Source: an uncultured bacterium (lineage in GTDB: Bacteria; Oederibacteriota; JAAXVQ01; JAUVAV01). Taken from it: a DNA stretch of 64,000 nt. The translations under genes were made by a program, and so were the position numbers. The stretch is from contig CAVQBK010000003.1 in NCBI GenBank assembly GCA_963710755.1, positions 352,001 to 416,000 of the forward strand, written 5' to 3'. The notes beneath the pieces are model-generated. The model was given only the letters and a program-made list of their open reading frames with translations. It was not told where the DNA came from and made no database searches. This document shows, piece by piece, positions 43,644 to 53,210 of the stretch. Positions within the stretch are counted from its first letter, which is position 1; each line of letters opens with the position of its first letter.

Positions 43644-44657
43644 CTACAACAGTTTAGCCAAAAGCAAAGTCCGGTCGTCATGGGCCCGGCCGAATTGATC
43701 CATTAAACGATTCACCAAGTGTACGGGATGTTCTTGGCGCGATGTCTTCGGGATGGAGAGCTTGCCCGAGAGCCCGTCGGAAAACATGGCGATCAGTGCA
43801 CCCGGGACCAAAGGAAACTGCTGAACCTGCAAGGTGCGCCACAGATCACCTACGATGCCTTCCTGCGGCAAAGGATAAAGGCTCTTGTCTTCGTGAGGAA
43901 GAAAAATTTTAACCATCACATCGCCCAGACCGCAGAACAGTACCGCCTTGGCGTCATAGTCGATTTTTACCAACGAAACGGCAGCCCCGCGCAGTCTGCG
44001 GTCCTTCAGTGCTTTGTGCGCCTCGTAAAGCATGGCTTCCAATCCCAGACTGTGATGCTGGGCCAAAACACCTTGAACGGCTACAGTGCTTTGGTGGGCA
44101 TCTTCGCCATGACCGAGGGCGTCGATAACACAAAAAAGGTCAGCATGATTGCGATGAATCAGATAGCCATCACCATTGCAATGATCACGCAGCATCAGCG
44201 GATAACTGAGTACGGCGATTTCAGAACGAACGGGAAAAGGCTGGGTATATTTCACTGTCCGGATGCGCAGCACTTTGCCGTTCTGCTCATAGCTGACTGC
44301 ATCGGACAAGCGGTTAATAACCCCCAGGCCCAGGCCGGCCGTGTTTTTGGTGGATACCCCGTCTTTAAAAGACTGGGGTGACAGCGTGCCTTCGTTTTCT
44401 GATAAGAGTTCCACATAAGGGGGGCTGCCGGGGTGGTAGGTCAGGGTGATCTTACCGTGACCATGATGTTTTAAAATGTTTTCCACCAGCTCGCCGGCCA
44501 CCATTTCCATCTCACGAATGTTTTTGTCGGCCAGGCCATATTTTTTTTCCAGGGTTTTTAATTGCTTTTCAACAGTCAAAACATCACTGTTGACGTTAAC
44601 AGTGATGACTTGACCAGTGCCGTTATCAGGGACCAATTCAGGTACAGGATCAGACAT
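43644..44657 (-). CDS. rsbX: HATPase-PP2C (SpoIIE) fusion, RsbX-like stressosome phosphatase
   Basis: GELVENILKH...GVST.NTAGLGLGVINRLSD (anti-sigma kinase fold). CNGD, IDALGHG, GLGD, FSDGL, HDDRT (PP2C). Probable start MSDP at 44657. Confidence 0.82.
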   Translation of the reverse strand: MSDPVPELVPDNGTGQVITVNVNSDVLTVEKQLKTLEKKYGLADKNIREMEMVAGELVENILKHHGHGKITLTYHPGSPPYVELLSENEGTLSPQSFKDGVSTKNTAGLGLGVINRLSDAVSYEQNGKVLRIRTVKYTQPFPVRSEIAVLSYPLMLRDHCNGDGYLIHRNHADLFCVIDALGHGEDAHQSTVAVQGVLAQHHSLGLEAMLYEAHKALKDRRLRGAAVSLVKIDYDAKAVLFCGLGDVMVKIFLPHEDKSLYPLPQEGIVGDLWRTLQVQQFPLVPGALIAMFSDGLSGKLSIPKTSRQEHPVHLVNRLMDQFGRAHDDRTLLLAKLL

Positions 44658-44708
44658 ACGAACCTCGATGACTATAATAATCAAACATTATATTGCTGTC
44701 ATTTAATA

Positions 44709-44735
44709 TTATCGGCAGGAGCAGCAGGGTGCTTA
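44709..44735 (-). promoter_or_regulatory. Sigma28 (FliA/SigD)-type promoter of the stressosome operon
   Basis: Minus strand TAAG-N15-GCCGATAA versus consensus TAAA-N15-GCCGATAA. Confidence 0.65.
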
Positions 44736-44825
44736 AGTGAAAACGTAATTTTGATAAAAACAGGTGAGTGTTGACGGGTATAAAGATCTTCTAGTCAAGA
44801 AGTTAAAGCAGTAAGGGAATGTAGA

Positions 44826-44857
44826 AAGCCAAGCGCCTGCTTTCAGGCGCTTGGCTT
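44826..44857. terminator. Hairpin, probable terminator of the upstream minus-strand gene
   Basis: aagccaagcgcctg / caggcgcttggctt. Confidence 0.7.
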
Positions 44858-44876
44858 AGAGGCCATAATAACTTTT

Positions 44877-46133
44877 TTAACGGGATTTTTTAAAGGACCT
44901 TAGGAACTGCTTGACTTCCTGATCCACTTCGCGGGTATAGGGCAAATAGACCGAGGTTTGAATGCAAATCATCTGATGATTGACAATGGTCCAATTGATC
45001 CATTTTTGGCCGAAAGCCTTTTTTCTGGCTTCGTCCATATAATTATTCAATTTAAGGGTACCCCACAGTTGGTTTCCAACTTTGGTATAGGTCACGGATT
45101 CCATGGCTGTGGTTAAGGTTAAGGATCTTTGGCTGAAATCGTAAAAAAGATGGAGAAATTTTAAAAGAGGAGAAAAATTTTCCGGATATAAAGTGTCGAA
45201 AGCTTGACGCACATTTATATCATCTTTCGGATTTGTGTCTTGGAAAACATGGCGCTGAATAATTGAGATCATGCCTTTTTCAGCAGGCTCATTCTTGGCG
45301 GCACCATCGTTCTTAATGATAATCACAGCCTTCAACCCGGGAACCCAAGCGCTTGTAAAGCCTACATAGTTTGCTGGAATGGTTTTTTGGTCAACCACTT
45401 TTTCAGGGGTGATCTCCTGGGCTATTTGCATTTCTATTGTTTTGGGGGGATCAATATTAAGTTGCCAGTCACCGGGAATAGATTGGAAAGAGCCTTCGGC
45501 AACAGACAGTACGGAAATATTTTTTCGACCGATTTGTGCTTCCCAATGATTGGACAATATTTCTTGAAAAAGGACAAAGGCCAAGGTGCCTATCAATAGC
45601 ACCCAAAAGACCGGTTTGAAAGAGCGCCAGGGTGCTTTGGGCCAGAGTTTTTCTCCCTTGACTGAGCGCAGATAAAAATCATAGTTACCAAACAGTCCGG
45701 CATAAGTAAATATGAGTATCCAACTTATACCGTAATCAAATGTCCAATAAAAAATATATTCCAGCCAATAAACAGCTAAAGCTAGCAAGATCATTTTTGC
45801 ATACAAGCCTGCAAAAAAATACCACACTATATGAAATATAGCCGCAAACCAGTTCCAAGTTATTTCAAAGCCTTGGTTAAATCTGGAGAATAGCTTTTGA
45901 AAACGAGGAGGGAGGTTGTCCATGCTGGCCAGAGTATGGAGTTGATGAAACTCCTGAATAAGCGCAAGCGCCTTGGCTTCTTCAATTTTTTCAATAATAA
46001 ACATTTTATTTTGCTCGATGTGGTCCTGGATCCGGTCGGTCTCCCAACCACTTGCTTGATGAAGCTTTTCCAAAACCTCGTTCCAATTGGATTGCTGCGG
46101 ATGGGCATAAACATAACAGTGACGCAGGGCCAT
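44877..46133 (-). CDS. Membrane protein with a DUF2628-like segment
   Basis: ITWNWFAAIFHIVWYFFAGLYAK...GLFGNYDFY pattern, TMs, then a soluble C-terminal domain. Confidence 0.65.
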   Translation of the reverse strand: MALRHCYVYAHPQQSNWNEVLEKLHQASGWETDRIQDHIEQNKMFIIEKIEEAKALALIQEFHQLHTLASMDNLPPRFQKLFSRFNQGFEITWNWFAAIFHIVWYFFAGLYAKMILLALAVYWLEYIFYWTFDYGISWILIFTYAGLFGNYDFYLRSVKGEKLWPKAPWRSFKPVFWVLLIGTLAFVLFQEILSNHWEAQIGRKNISVLSVAEGSFQSIPGDWQLNIDPPKTIEMQIAQEITPEKVVDQKTIPANYVGFTSAWVPGLKAVIIIKNDGAAKNEPAEKGMISIIQRHVFQDTNPKDDINVRQAFDTLYPENFSPLLKFLHLFYDFSQRSLTLTTAMESVTYTKVGNQLWGTLKLNNYMDEARKKAFGQKWINWTIVNHQMICIQTSVYLPYTREVDQEVKQFLRSFKKSR

Positions 46134-46266
46134 ATGCTGTTTTCCTTTCCTGAAGAGGATACCCTTAAAGTGCGGGTCAGAAATGACAGGGTCATTATAA
46201 TGACCTGATTTGCGTGCGTCAACCAGTGTCGAGGAGGATGCCGGTTGGCGGATGGTTCCTTAGGGA

Positions 46267-46782
46267 TCAGTCCCAGCGTTCATAGCGAACCAGCTGGTCC
46301 AGTGATTGCCGCGATTTGGGTCTGACCGCATCCGCTGGATAACCGAGGGGTGTGAAGGCTATGGGTTCCACCTCAGTCGGAAGATGGAAAAGGTCACGGC
46401 TTGCCTGGGGATTAAACGCTGCGATCCAGCAGGTGCCCAAACCGGCTGCCGTCGCAGCCAGGATGAGATGGTCCATCACAATGGCAGCATCCACGTCGGC
46501 GTAGTTTTTTTGGTCAAAGGATCTCACCCAGGCCTGGCTTGGCAAGGCGCATACGCCGATGAGCAAAGGGGCCTGAGTAAACCAGGGTCGGGGATAAAGC
46601 TTTAATAATTCTTCCTGCTTGCCGGAGGTATGAACCACCAACAATCGAAAGGGCTGCCGATTGGCAGCGGTTGGCGCCAGCCGCGCCGCCTCAAGCACTT
46701 GCTGTAAAAGTTCATCAGGCACTGGAGTGGGTTGATAGGCCCGCACGCTATAGCGGGTCCGTAGGAGATTTGAAAAATCCAT
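46267..46782 (-). CDS. Nitroreductase family protein
   Basis: RYSVRAY, LAPTAANRQP, DAAIVMDHLILAATAAGLGTCWI, PLGYP. RBS GGAGG before MDFS. Confidence 0.92.
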   Translation of the reverse strand: MDFSNLLRTRYSVRAYQPTPVPDELLQQVLEAARLAPTAANRQPFRLLVVHTSGKQEELLKLYPRPWFTQAPLLIGVCALPSQAWVRSFDQKNYADVDAAIVMDHLILAATAAGLGTCWIAAFNPQASRDLFHLPTEVEPIAFTPLGYPADAVRPKSRQSLDQLVRYERWD

Positions 46783-46844
46783 GACAAGACCTCCGTTCAT
46801 TATGTTTGACAAATTTTATGGCTTTTAGGCGAGCGTGGAAAGCT

Positions 46845-48407
46845 TTATTTGATCAGGGCAACTTTGCAGTGGCCTATTTCCTGGCCGTTCCGGGTAAGGC
46901 GAGCCAGGTAAAGTCCGGCAGCCACGTCTTTGCAGGTCCAGGTGACCGTGGTTTGGGCTGACGCAGCCACAGGCACCATGATGGTGCTTATCCTTTCGCC
47001 GGCCAAATTGTAAATAGATAAAATAGCGGCACTGTCGGGATTGCGCGGCAGCTGGAAAAAGACCTGGTCTTTGGCAGGATTGGGATAGGCTAACAACGCC
47101 TGGTTTATATCCGGACTTAAAACAGGTGGTAAAGTGGGGGTGCTGGTGCAGCTCGAGGTTGCGGTAGTTGTGACCAGGGGAGTAGCGGTAAGCACGGGAG
47201 ACGTCGTCGCGGTGGGTGTAGGGGTGGCGGTTGGGCTGATGGTAGCAGTGGGGGAAGCCGTGGCAGAAATACTGGGCGTGAAGGTGGCCGTAGGCAGGGC
47301 GCTCTGCGGAGCGATTGTCAGCGTACCGTCGCCGAGGAGCACCATGCCATAAAACCAGGAAATATAGGTGTCATTTGTCGAACTAATAAGCACATGCTGC
47401 CACCAAGCCTTGAAAGCCTCTCCGAAACACTGATGTTGGCCCAGAGCCTCCATATAATAATAGGTACTCAGCATGCCGCCGGTTTTGGTGCTGCCGTCGG
47501 CCACCAAGCCGCCATCAGCGGTGGTAATATAGCAGCTGCCCATATTGTTGGTGTAAGTGTAATCGCAATTAGAACAGGCGAAAAGATTGTAAAACCAGAC
47601 CTTGGGATTGTCGCCGGGAATGGAGCTGTTGTGGTAAGAGCCGTTTTCAAATTGATGCAGGCTGGCCGAAGAATGAGCGCAGAGGTACATGAATTCATAA
47701 CCAGCGGCCAGCTTGGCGCGGTACGTGGTGGTGGTAAAATCCGGATTGCCGATGGCCTCGTAATCACTGTAAGCCAGTCCCAAGGTATTGGCCCAGCTGA
47801 GAGACCAGCCATTGTCGTGGGGAGGGTTGGTATAAATCATGGCGCAAGCGCGCTGAGGCAACGTCTTATTCTGGGTGCGGTAAGCATGGTTCTTGGCAAA
47901 ATAATTTTTGACCAAATCTTCCATGGTACCCATAGCCGGCAAGTTGGACGCCACCAGGCGGGATACCCAGATTTGAGGGCGGCTATCGCCGGACACCGTG
48001 TCAAACTTACCATCACTGTTGCTGTCAGTCCAGGTGCTGTTGAGGTTCATATAATAAAGATCACAGGCAAAGGTGGAGGCGGCTCCGTAAAAATCATTGG
48101 CGTGATAATACAAAGCAATAGGTAGGTCACCCACCAAGACCGCGCCTACCAGACCGTGAGGTTGCTGGCTGATAAGATAGTCTTTTAATTGCGCCGGCGT
48201 GGAACCGGCCAGAGTCCAGGCGGTAATGGTCACGCCGTAGCCTTCATTGATCAAATCCTGTTGATACTGATTCAGTTCATTCTGGATCAAAGGTGCCAGG
48301 GTATCATTGACCACCACGGCCACCAGGGGTTGGCTGGCATGGACTGGGAGGCGCCCGAGCAGCAGGGCTGCCGACGACAGCACCAGCCAGATCAGAGCTT
48401 TTCTCAT
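46845..48407 (-). CDS. C25-like cysteine peptidase with Thr/Pro linker and T9SS-like C-terminal domain
   Basis: Start MRKAL at 48407 (ATGA overlap). GAVLVGDLP, CDLYYMNL, WVSRL, putative catalytic CAHS and FAC, LLGDGTL, T/P/S linker, AYPNP...IYNLAGE...AAGLYL. Confidence 0.75.
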   Translation of the reverse strand: MRKALIWLVLSSAALLLGRLPVHASQPLVAVVVNDTLAPLIQNELNQYQQDLINEGYGVTITAWTLAGSTPAQLKDYLISQQPHGLVGAVLVGDLPIALYYHANDFYGAASTFACDLYYMNLNSTWTDSNSDGKFDTVSGDSRPQIWVSRLVASNLPAMGTMEDLVKNYFAKNHAYRTQNKTLPQRACAMIYTNPPHDNGWSLSWANTLGLAYSDYEAIGNPDFTTTTYRAKLAAGYEFMYLCAHSSASLHQFENGSYHNSSIPGDNPKVWFYNLFACSNCDYTYTNNMGSCYITTADGGLVADGSTKTGGMLSTYYYMEALGQHQCFGEAFKAWWQHVLISSTNDTYISWFYGMVLLGDGTLTIAPQSALPTATFTPSISATASPTATISPTATPTPTATTSPVLTATPLVTTTATSSCTSTPTLPPVLSPDINQALLAYPNPAKDQVFFQLPRNPDSAAILSIYNLAGERISTIMVPVAASAQTTVTWTCKDVAAGLYLARLTRNGQEIGHCKVALIK

Positions 48408-48949
48408 GGCAGGGCCTTGAGTTTCTGCAGGGCTTCCTGCACCCGCTGGACATAGGTTTCCCATTGATAGCGTATCATCGGATCCTGTGGCCGGCGGCTT
48501 TTTAAGTCCTGTAAATACGCCCGCAGTTCAGGCACAGCCTTAGGGTCACCGATTTCGCCCAGGGCAAAAACTATTTCATCTTTATAGTGGACGTCATTAT
48601 TGGTGCGAAATTCCTGAAGCAAGAAAGGCACGGCAGCCGGTGATTTCAGGGCAGCCAGAGTTTGCAAAATGGAGATTTGAATAGAAAGGCTGTACCCGTC
48701 GCTGCGTTTGTTATTTTCACGATAAGCTTTGATCAAGGCCATGACTTGGGACTTGTCTTTTTTATCCTGCACTTGGTGAATTTTTCGAAGGGCTACCCTG
48801 GGATCAGCCAGCGTATAGGACGAAGCGTGGACGGATAAACGGGGTGAGTCTTTGGGAATAGCTTTGGATTCCTTTGGCACGGCCTGAACGGAGGCAGCCA
48901 TTAATCCAGCCAGCAGACTTAGGATAAGTCGTCGGTATATCAGGGCCAT
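48404..48949 (-). CDS. Exported HEAT-repeat protein
   Basis: Signal peptide ending VQA. LAALKSPAAVPFLL and ALGEIGDPKAVPEL HEAT/PBS-lyase repeats. Confidence 0.78.
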   Translation of the reverse strand: MALIYRRLILSLLAGLMAASVQAVPKESKAIPKDSPRLSVHASSYTLADPRVALRKIHQVQDKKDKSQVMALIKAYRENNKRSDGYSLSIQISILQTLAALKSPAAVPFLLQEFRTNNDVHYKDEIVFALGEIGDPKAVPELRAYLQDLKSRRPQDPMIRYQWETYVQRVQEALQKLKALP

Positions 48950-49215
48950 GAACAACCTCGCTGGGAAGTAATAATCAGCTTTAGTGTAAGTTTACTTACT
49001 CTAACCGGGCAGGTCAAATTTATTTTCAAACTTCCTAATATTATAAAAACTTAACCTTTGTATGAGAAAGACGATACTTGCCATGTGCAGGCAAAAGTAT
49101 TATCGTTTAAATATATATCGATACGATCCGGCGGACTAAGCGTTGCGGTTCTGCTCGAATCAAATGCCTTGCGGCTTGCAGCACGAAATTGGATATGAAA
49201 AAAGGGAGGATCATT

Positions 49216-49515
49216 ATGACGATGAACTTAACGCTTATCATTGACATTGCCGCGATTGTGGCCATTTTGGTGGCGCTTTTCCGGGCGCTCAAACTGCGCC
49301 ATGCCATCCCCGGTGGCATCGTTAAATCCACTTGGAACATCTTGACTGCCTTGATCGCGCTTTTTGTTCTGGGCTATTTGCTGATACCTTTTTATTCCAT
49401 ACTGGATACAGCCACCAAAGACATTGTGGCCAGTCTCATATTCTTTTTTGGCGCCCTTTTTGTCATCATCGTGATTCATCTGTTCCAGAGAATCATGAAA
49501 GATTTAGGACTATAA
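49216..49515 (+). CDS. Small three-TM membrane protein
   Basis: RBS GGGAGG, 99 aa, three hydrophobic helices. Confidence 0.75.
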   Translation: MTMNLTLIIDIAAIVAILVALFRALKLRHAIPGGIVKSTWNILTALIALFVLGYLLIPFYSILDTATKDIVASLIFFFGALFVIIVIHLFQRIMKDLGL

Positions 49516-49519
49516 TCAA

Positions 49520-49783
49520 ATGACCGCCATGGAGGATCGTCCCACACAAATAACCGACAAACAGAAAATTATCATTCATGAAATCAACAAGGTCCTGGGA
49601 AACGATTATGTGCAAACCTATAAGCGGATTATAGCCAAGGAATTGGAACAAACCCCACTGAATAATGAGGAACTTAAGAAAGCCTGCAATAAGGTCAAGA
49701 ATCTGGTGGCCTTGTTTATTGATAAAACTAAAGCCGAACTGATTGCCCAGAAAATCAAACCTTATTTGGATTCGCCGACCTGA
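49520..49783 (+). CDS. Hypothetical small helical protein, coupled to the upstream membrane protein
   Basis: 87-aa ORF starting 4 bp after the previous stop. Confidence 0.65.
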   Translation: MTAMEDRPTQITDKQKIIIHEINKVLGNDYVQTYKRIIAKELEQTPLNNEELKKACNKVKNLVALFIDKTKAELIAQKIKPYLDSPT

Positions 49784-49814
49784 CCCTACGGGTTACCCTT
49801 CCATTCGACCAACC

Positions 49815-50339
49815 CTATTTCATCACTTGATAGTGGCTTTGAACCAATCCGTTTTTAAAGGCAATGGTTTTTAGATGCTGCAGGGGAAGTTCGCGATGCA
49901 GGTGGCCGAAAAGGGGAATGCCGGCGCCAAGCAGCAGCGGCACCCGGGTGATAATCAGCTCATCGATAAGGTTATAGTTGAGGAAGCGTTGAATGGTTTG
50001 GCCGCCGTCAATGTATAAATGGCGGAAGCCTCTTTGGGTTAATTTTTCCACCACCATCGGCGGCTCGTTGGCGACCACCTCAATCAAGTTTGGTTGTTCC
50101 GAAGGTGGCAAAGTCCGGGATAAGACCACAACCGGCTTGGTGTAAGGCCACGCCCCCATGCTTTTCACGAACTCATAAGTTTTTCTCCCCATGACCACGG
50201 CATCCATGTTTTCCATAAATGCGACATATCCGTAATCTTCCTGACCGGGATTAGCAAATTTGGTTAGCCAATCCAGGGAACCATCGCGGCGGGCGATAAA
50301 GCCGTCCAGGCTGGTGGCAATGTAAACATAATTGCGCAT
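49815..50339 (-). CDS. Dihydrofolate reductase/RibD C-terminal family protein
   Basis: YIATSLDGFIA, VMGRKTYE, IDGG, IDEL...P.LLG.GIPLF. Confidence 0.9.
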   Translation of the reverse strand: MRNYVYIATSLDGFIARRDGSLDWLTKFANPGQEDYGYVAFMENMDAVVMGRKTYEFVKSMGAWPYTKPVVVLSRTLPPSEQPNLIEVVANEPPMVVEKLTQRGFRHLYIDGGQTIQRFLNYNLIDELIITRVPLLLGAGIPLFGHLHRELPLQHLKTIAFKNGLVQSHYQVMK

Positions 50340-50910
50340 CGTCGTCCTCGTAGGAAATGGAAATCAGCCCATTGGCTGTTACTTAGCGTGAGTCAAGATT
50401 AACCCAAACAGGCATTAGACCACAAATGCGTTAGAAAGGATATTACCTGAATTATGAAAATGAAAAGATTATTTTTCCACCGAGTACACAGATTTAAAAA
50501 TATATTCTTTAGATTTTGTTGCAGGCCGCAATGGTGGGCAGATCATGTTTCCATCAGCCCGGTATGGTTTTGGCCGGGGTTCAGAACAACACTTTAAAAA
50601 TTGCTGGATTCCGGCCAAGTGTATGCCCGCATAACGACTACGGCCAGAGGTTAATTTCCGACAACTCTTTTTCGCAACAGGAACCAATTAATAGAAAGAC
50701 ATAAATTATTGGATAGTACTTCTGATTAATTTTAAACCTGCGGGATTTGTGACAATCATTCTTGATCCCTTGCCCTTGTATGATTGGTTCTTGTCACGAA
50801 AGAAACGCATTAAAGCAAGCGTTACACCTACACCGATAGTAACTTAGGATAAAGGCAACCGGTTCTCTTGGGCAGGGATAACCGGCTGTCGGACTATAAG
50901 AGGTGAGGTC

Positions 50911-51462
50911 ATGGCCAAGGTCAAAGGCAGTGCGGAAGACACGATGAGACGAATCCTTAAGAAGCAACCTCAGGAGATTCAGGAGAAATATCTGGCCTCA
51001 CTTGGTCCGGAGGCACGTGACGTTTTTCTGAATGCCATGGCTATCTCCTGGCGGGAACTTGATACCAATGAAGAGACCAACAGTGTGGCCATGCTGGCCA
51101 GGACGCTTTACCCCGACGATCCCCTGGCGTTGCAGAAGCTGGCTTATGAAATGGCCAAAGACAGCTTGCCGCGCTTTTATCAAATTTTTATTCGCATTCC
51201 TTCGGTGGAATTTGTGGTTAAACGAGTAGCCAAGATATGGAGTTCTTTTTATGAATGCGGTGAGGCCTCGATTGAAAATTTTAAAGATCAACACTTCACC
51301 ATGATATTAAAAGACTACCCCGACTACCCCCCCTTTTTACGGGAGTACATGTGCGGCTATCTAAAAGGCATAGGCGATTTGCTGCATTTGAAAAATGTGG
51401 CCGTGAAAAAAATAGAAACCGATCCCCAGGCCTGGAAATGGGATGTGGCATGGGAGAGGTGA
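50911..51462 (+). CDS. DUF2378/TIGR02265-like protein, paralog of 32269-32805
   Basis: MAKVKG, YQIFIRIPS.EF..KR..KIWSSFYECG, YP..P, WKWDVAW. Confidence 0.6.
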   Translation: MAKVKGSAEDTMRRILKKQPQEIQEKYLASLGPEARDVFLNAMAISWRELDTNEETNSVAMLARTLYPDDPLALQKLAYEMAKDSLPRFYQIFIRIPSVEFVVKRVAKIWSSFYECGEASIENFKDQHFTMILKDYPDYPPFLREYMCGYLKGIGDLLHLKNVAVKKIETDPQAWKWDVAWER

Positions 51463-51618
51463 AAAAATGTTTTCACACGCATTTCCCGAATATTTGATGT
51501 ACAGGCATTTTCTACGAGGAAAGAGATTAAAAAAAACTTATTTAACCTTAAACTCTCAGCCTATGCCTCCGGTAATAGTCAATAGAACCGAACCTTACGC
51601 TTTTTTAAATTTCAAGAG

Positions 51619-52975
51619 GTGATGATGAATCCCGACAAACTCCGTACTAATGTGATGTCAGCGTTTATCCTTTTCGGCCTATTTTTTCTGATGGTCGGGG
51701 TGGTGGTTGGCGTTTATGCCAACTTCATCCAGCCGGACAGTATGGGTTCCGCGAGCAAGCTCGTTCCCCTAGCGTTTATGGGGTTTGGCTTGCTCTTCGG
51801 CGGCTTAGGCTGGGTAGAAATCAAAGCTGATCAACGCACCCTGGATAAAATGCGTGCCTTTTTGCTCACGCAGGAGAAATCTAATGCAACCGCCCCTAGT
51901 GCTTTTGAGCCCCTGACGCACCAGGAAAATGGCAATTATCTGATGGGCATAGTGCTGACCTTTGTGGGACTAGGGTTGATGGGGGCTGCGGGCAGTACCC
52001 TACACAGCCAATGGCAGCAGGGTGTTCATGCAGACCTTGTGCCTCCGCTGATGAGTGTGCTTCTGTTATTTGGGCTGGCCCTGTTGTTTTTTGCCCAGCA
52101 GGATTTTTACAGCACCAGGGTCACTGTGTCACCGCAAGGCATAAGTTACCGCAAGAAGGCCCTGATCGGCGCGGCGGAATGGCAGGAACCTTTGAGCCGT
52201 TATATTGGCATTAGAAAAGAGTATTTGGACATTCGCACCAGAAGGCGGGTGGAAAGGACTTTTGTCTTTTATTTAATTCATGAACGCCTTCACGCCAAAA
52301 CCGTGGTCATTGGGGCGGCCAGTCTGGTCAATTTGGAGATTCTCCTGCGTCATGGACAAGAGCGCCAACCTTTGGAAGCCTTGGCCAAGATGCTACAGCT
52401 TCCGATCGTGGAAGAAGCAGCTTCCGGCGGATTCTCAGCGCGCTATCCCCAGGATCTGGACAGCTCCGTGCAGGAGCAGCAATGGGCAGGCACCCTTAAA
52501 CGCAGCGGTATTTCAAAGGGGCACATTCCCCGGTAAGCGCATTCAATTAAAGGAAACCGTCTCTGCCCTCATTGCCTCTCAGAGCGGCAAGGGCTCGCTT
52601 TGGCTAGCCCTGGTGTTTCTGATCGGCGGAGGCGCAGCAGCCTATTTGCTCAAAGCCGTGGAGATTATTATACCCTGTGGCATGATGGGGTTAATTTTAT
52701 TGGTGGTTTCCTTTTTGGGTTTCCAGATGACCGTGGATAAACAAACCGTGGCGGTGGGCATGACCTGGATGAATAAAGAGCTCGATCGTACAGTGATCGC
52801 GTTTAAAGATATAGAAGAGATTAAAATCATGCGGGATCCGAATCGCAACCGGGCGCTGACTCTGGCCGTGGTTTCCGATAGCGCCACTCTTATGTTTGGG
52901 CAGGGCGGCAGCAAGGAAGAATTGGAATGGCTGCAGGACCGCCTGCTGGCGGAAACGGCGAAAACCGCCTCCTAA
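51619..52975 (+). CDS. Multi-TM membrane protein with PH-like segments, one frameshift
   Basis: ORFs 51619-52536 and 52280-52975 overlap. The second frame reads as protein from about 52510 (GTFPGKRIQL..., two TMs, IEEIKI), implying a one-base shift. Confidence 0.65.
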
Positions 52976-53026
52976 GCCCGCAAAGGCGCCAATAAAAGCA
53001 AATTAAATGTAGAATAAATGCTCTTT

Positions 53027-53113
53027 CTCACGCTAAGTCGCGAAGGATGCAAAGGTAAAAAGCTTATGACGCTTGGTTGGTCCTTCTTTGCGCCTTGGTG
53101 TCCTTTGCGTGAG
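53027..53113. repeat. Imperfect REP-like inverted repeat
   Basis: ctcacgctaagtcgcgaaggatgcaaag ... ctttgcgccttggtgtcctttgcgtgag. A related cgcaaaggcgccaa lies at 52979. Confidence 0.55.
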
Positions 53114-53210
53114 CTATTAATGATCTTCTGCATATAAAATCAGTAGCTGGCACCGTATATCCTCGTTATCTTCCCTTTTTTGACACGGCAAAACCAAAGA
53201 TAGACAGCAC

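Noticed and set aside
50851-50890. Possible riboswitch upstream of 50911
   Set aside because: Only a single hairpin (ccggtt.../aaccgg), without the conserved elements of a known aptamer class.
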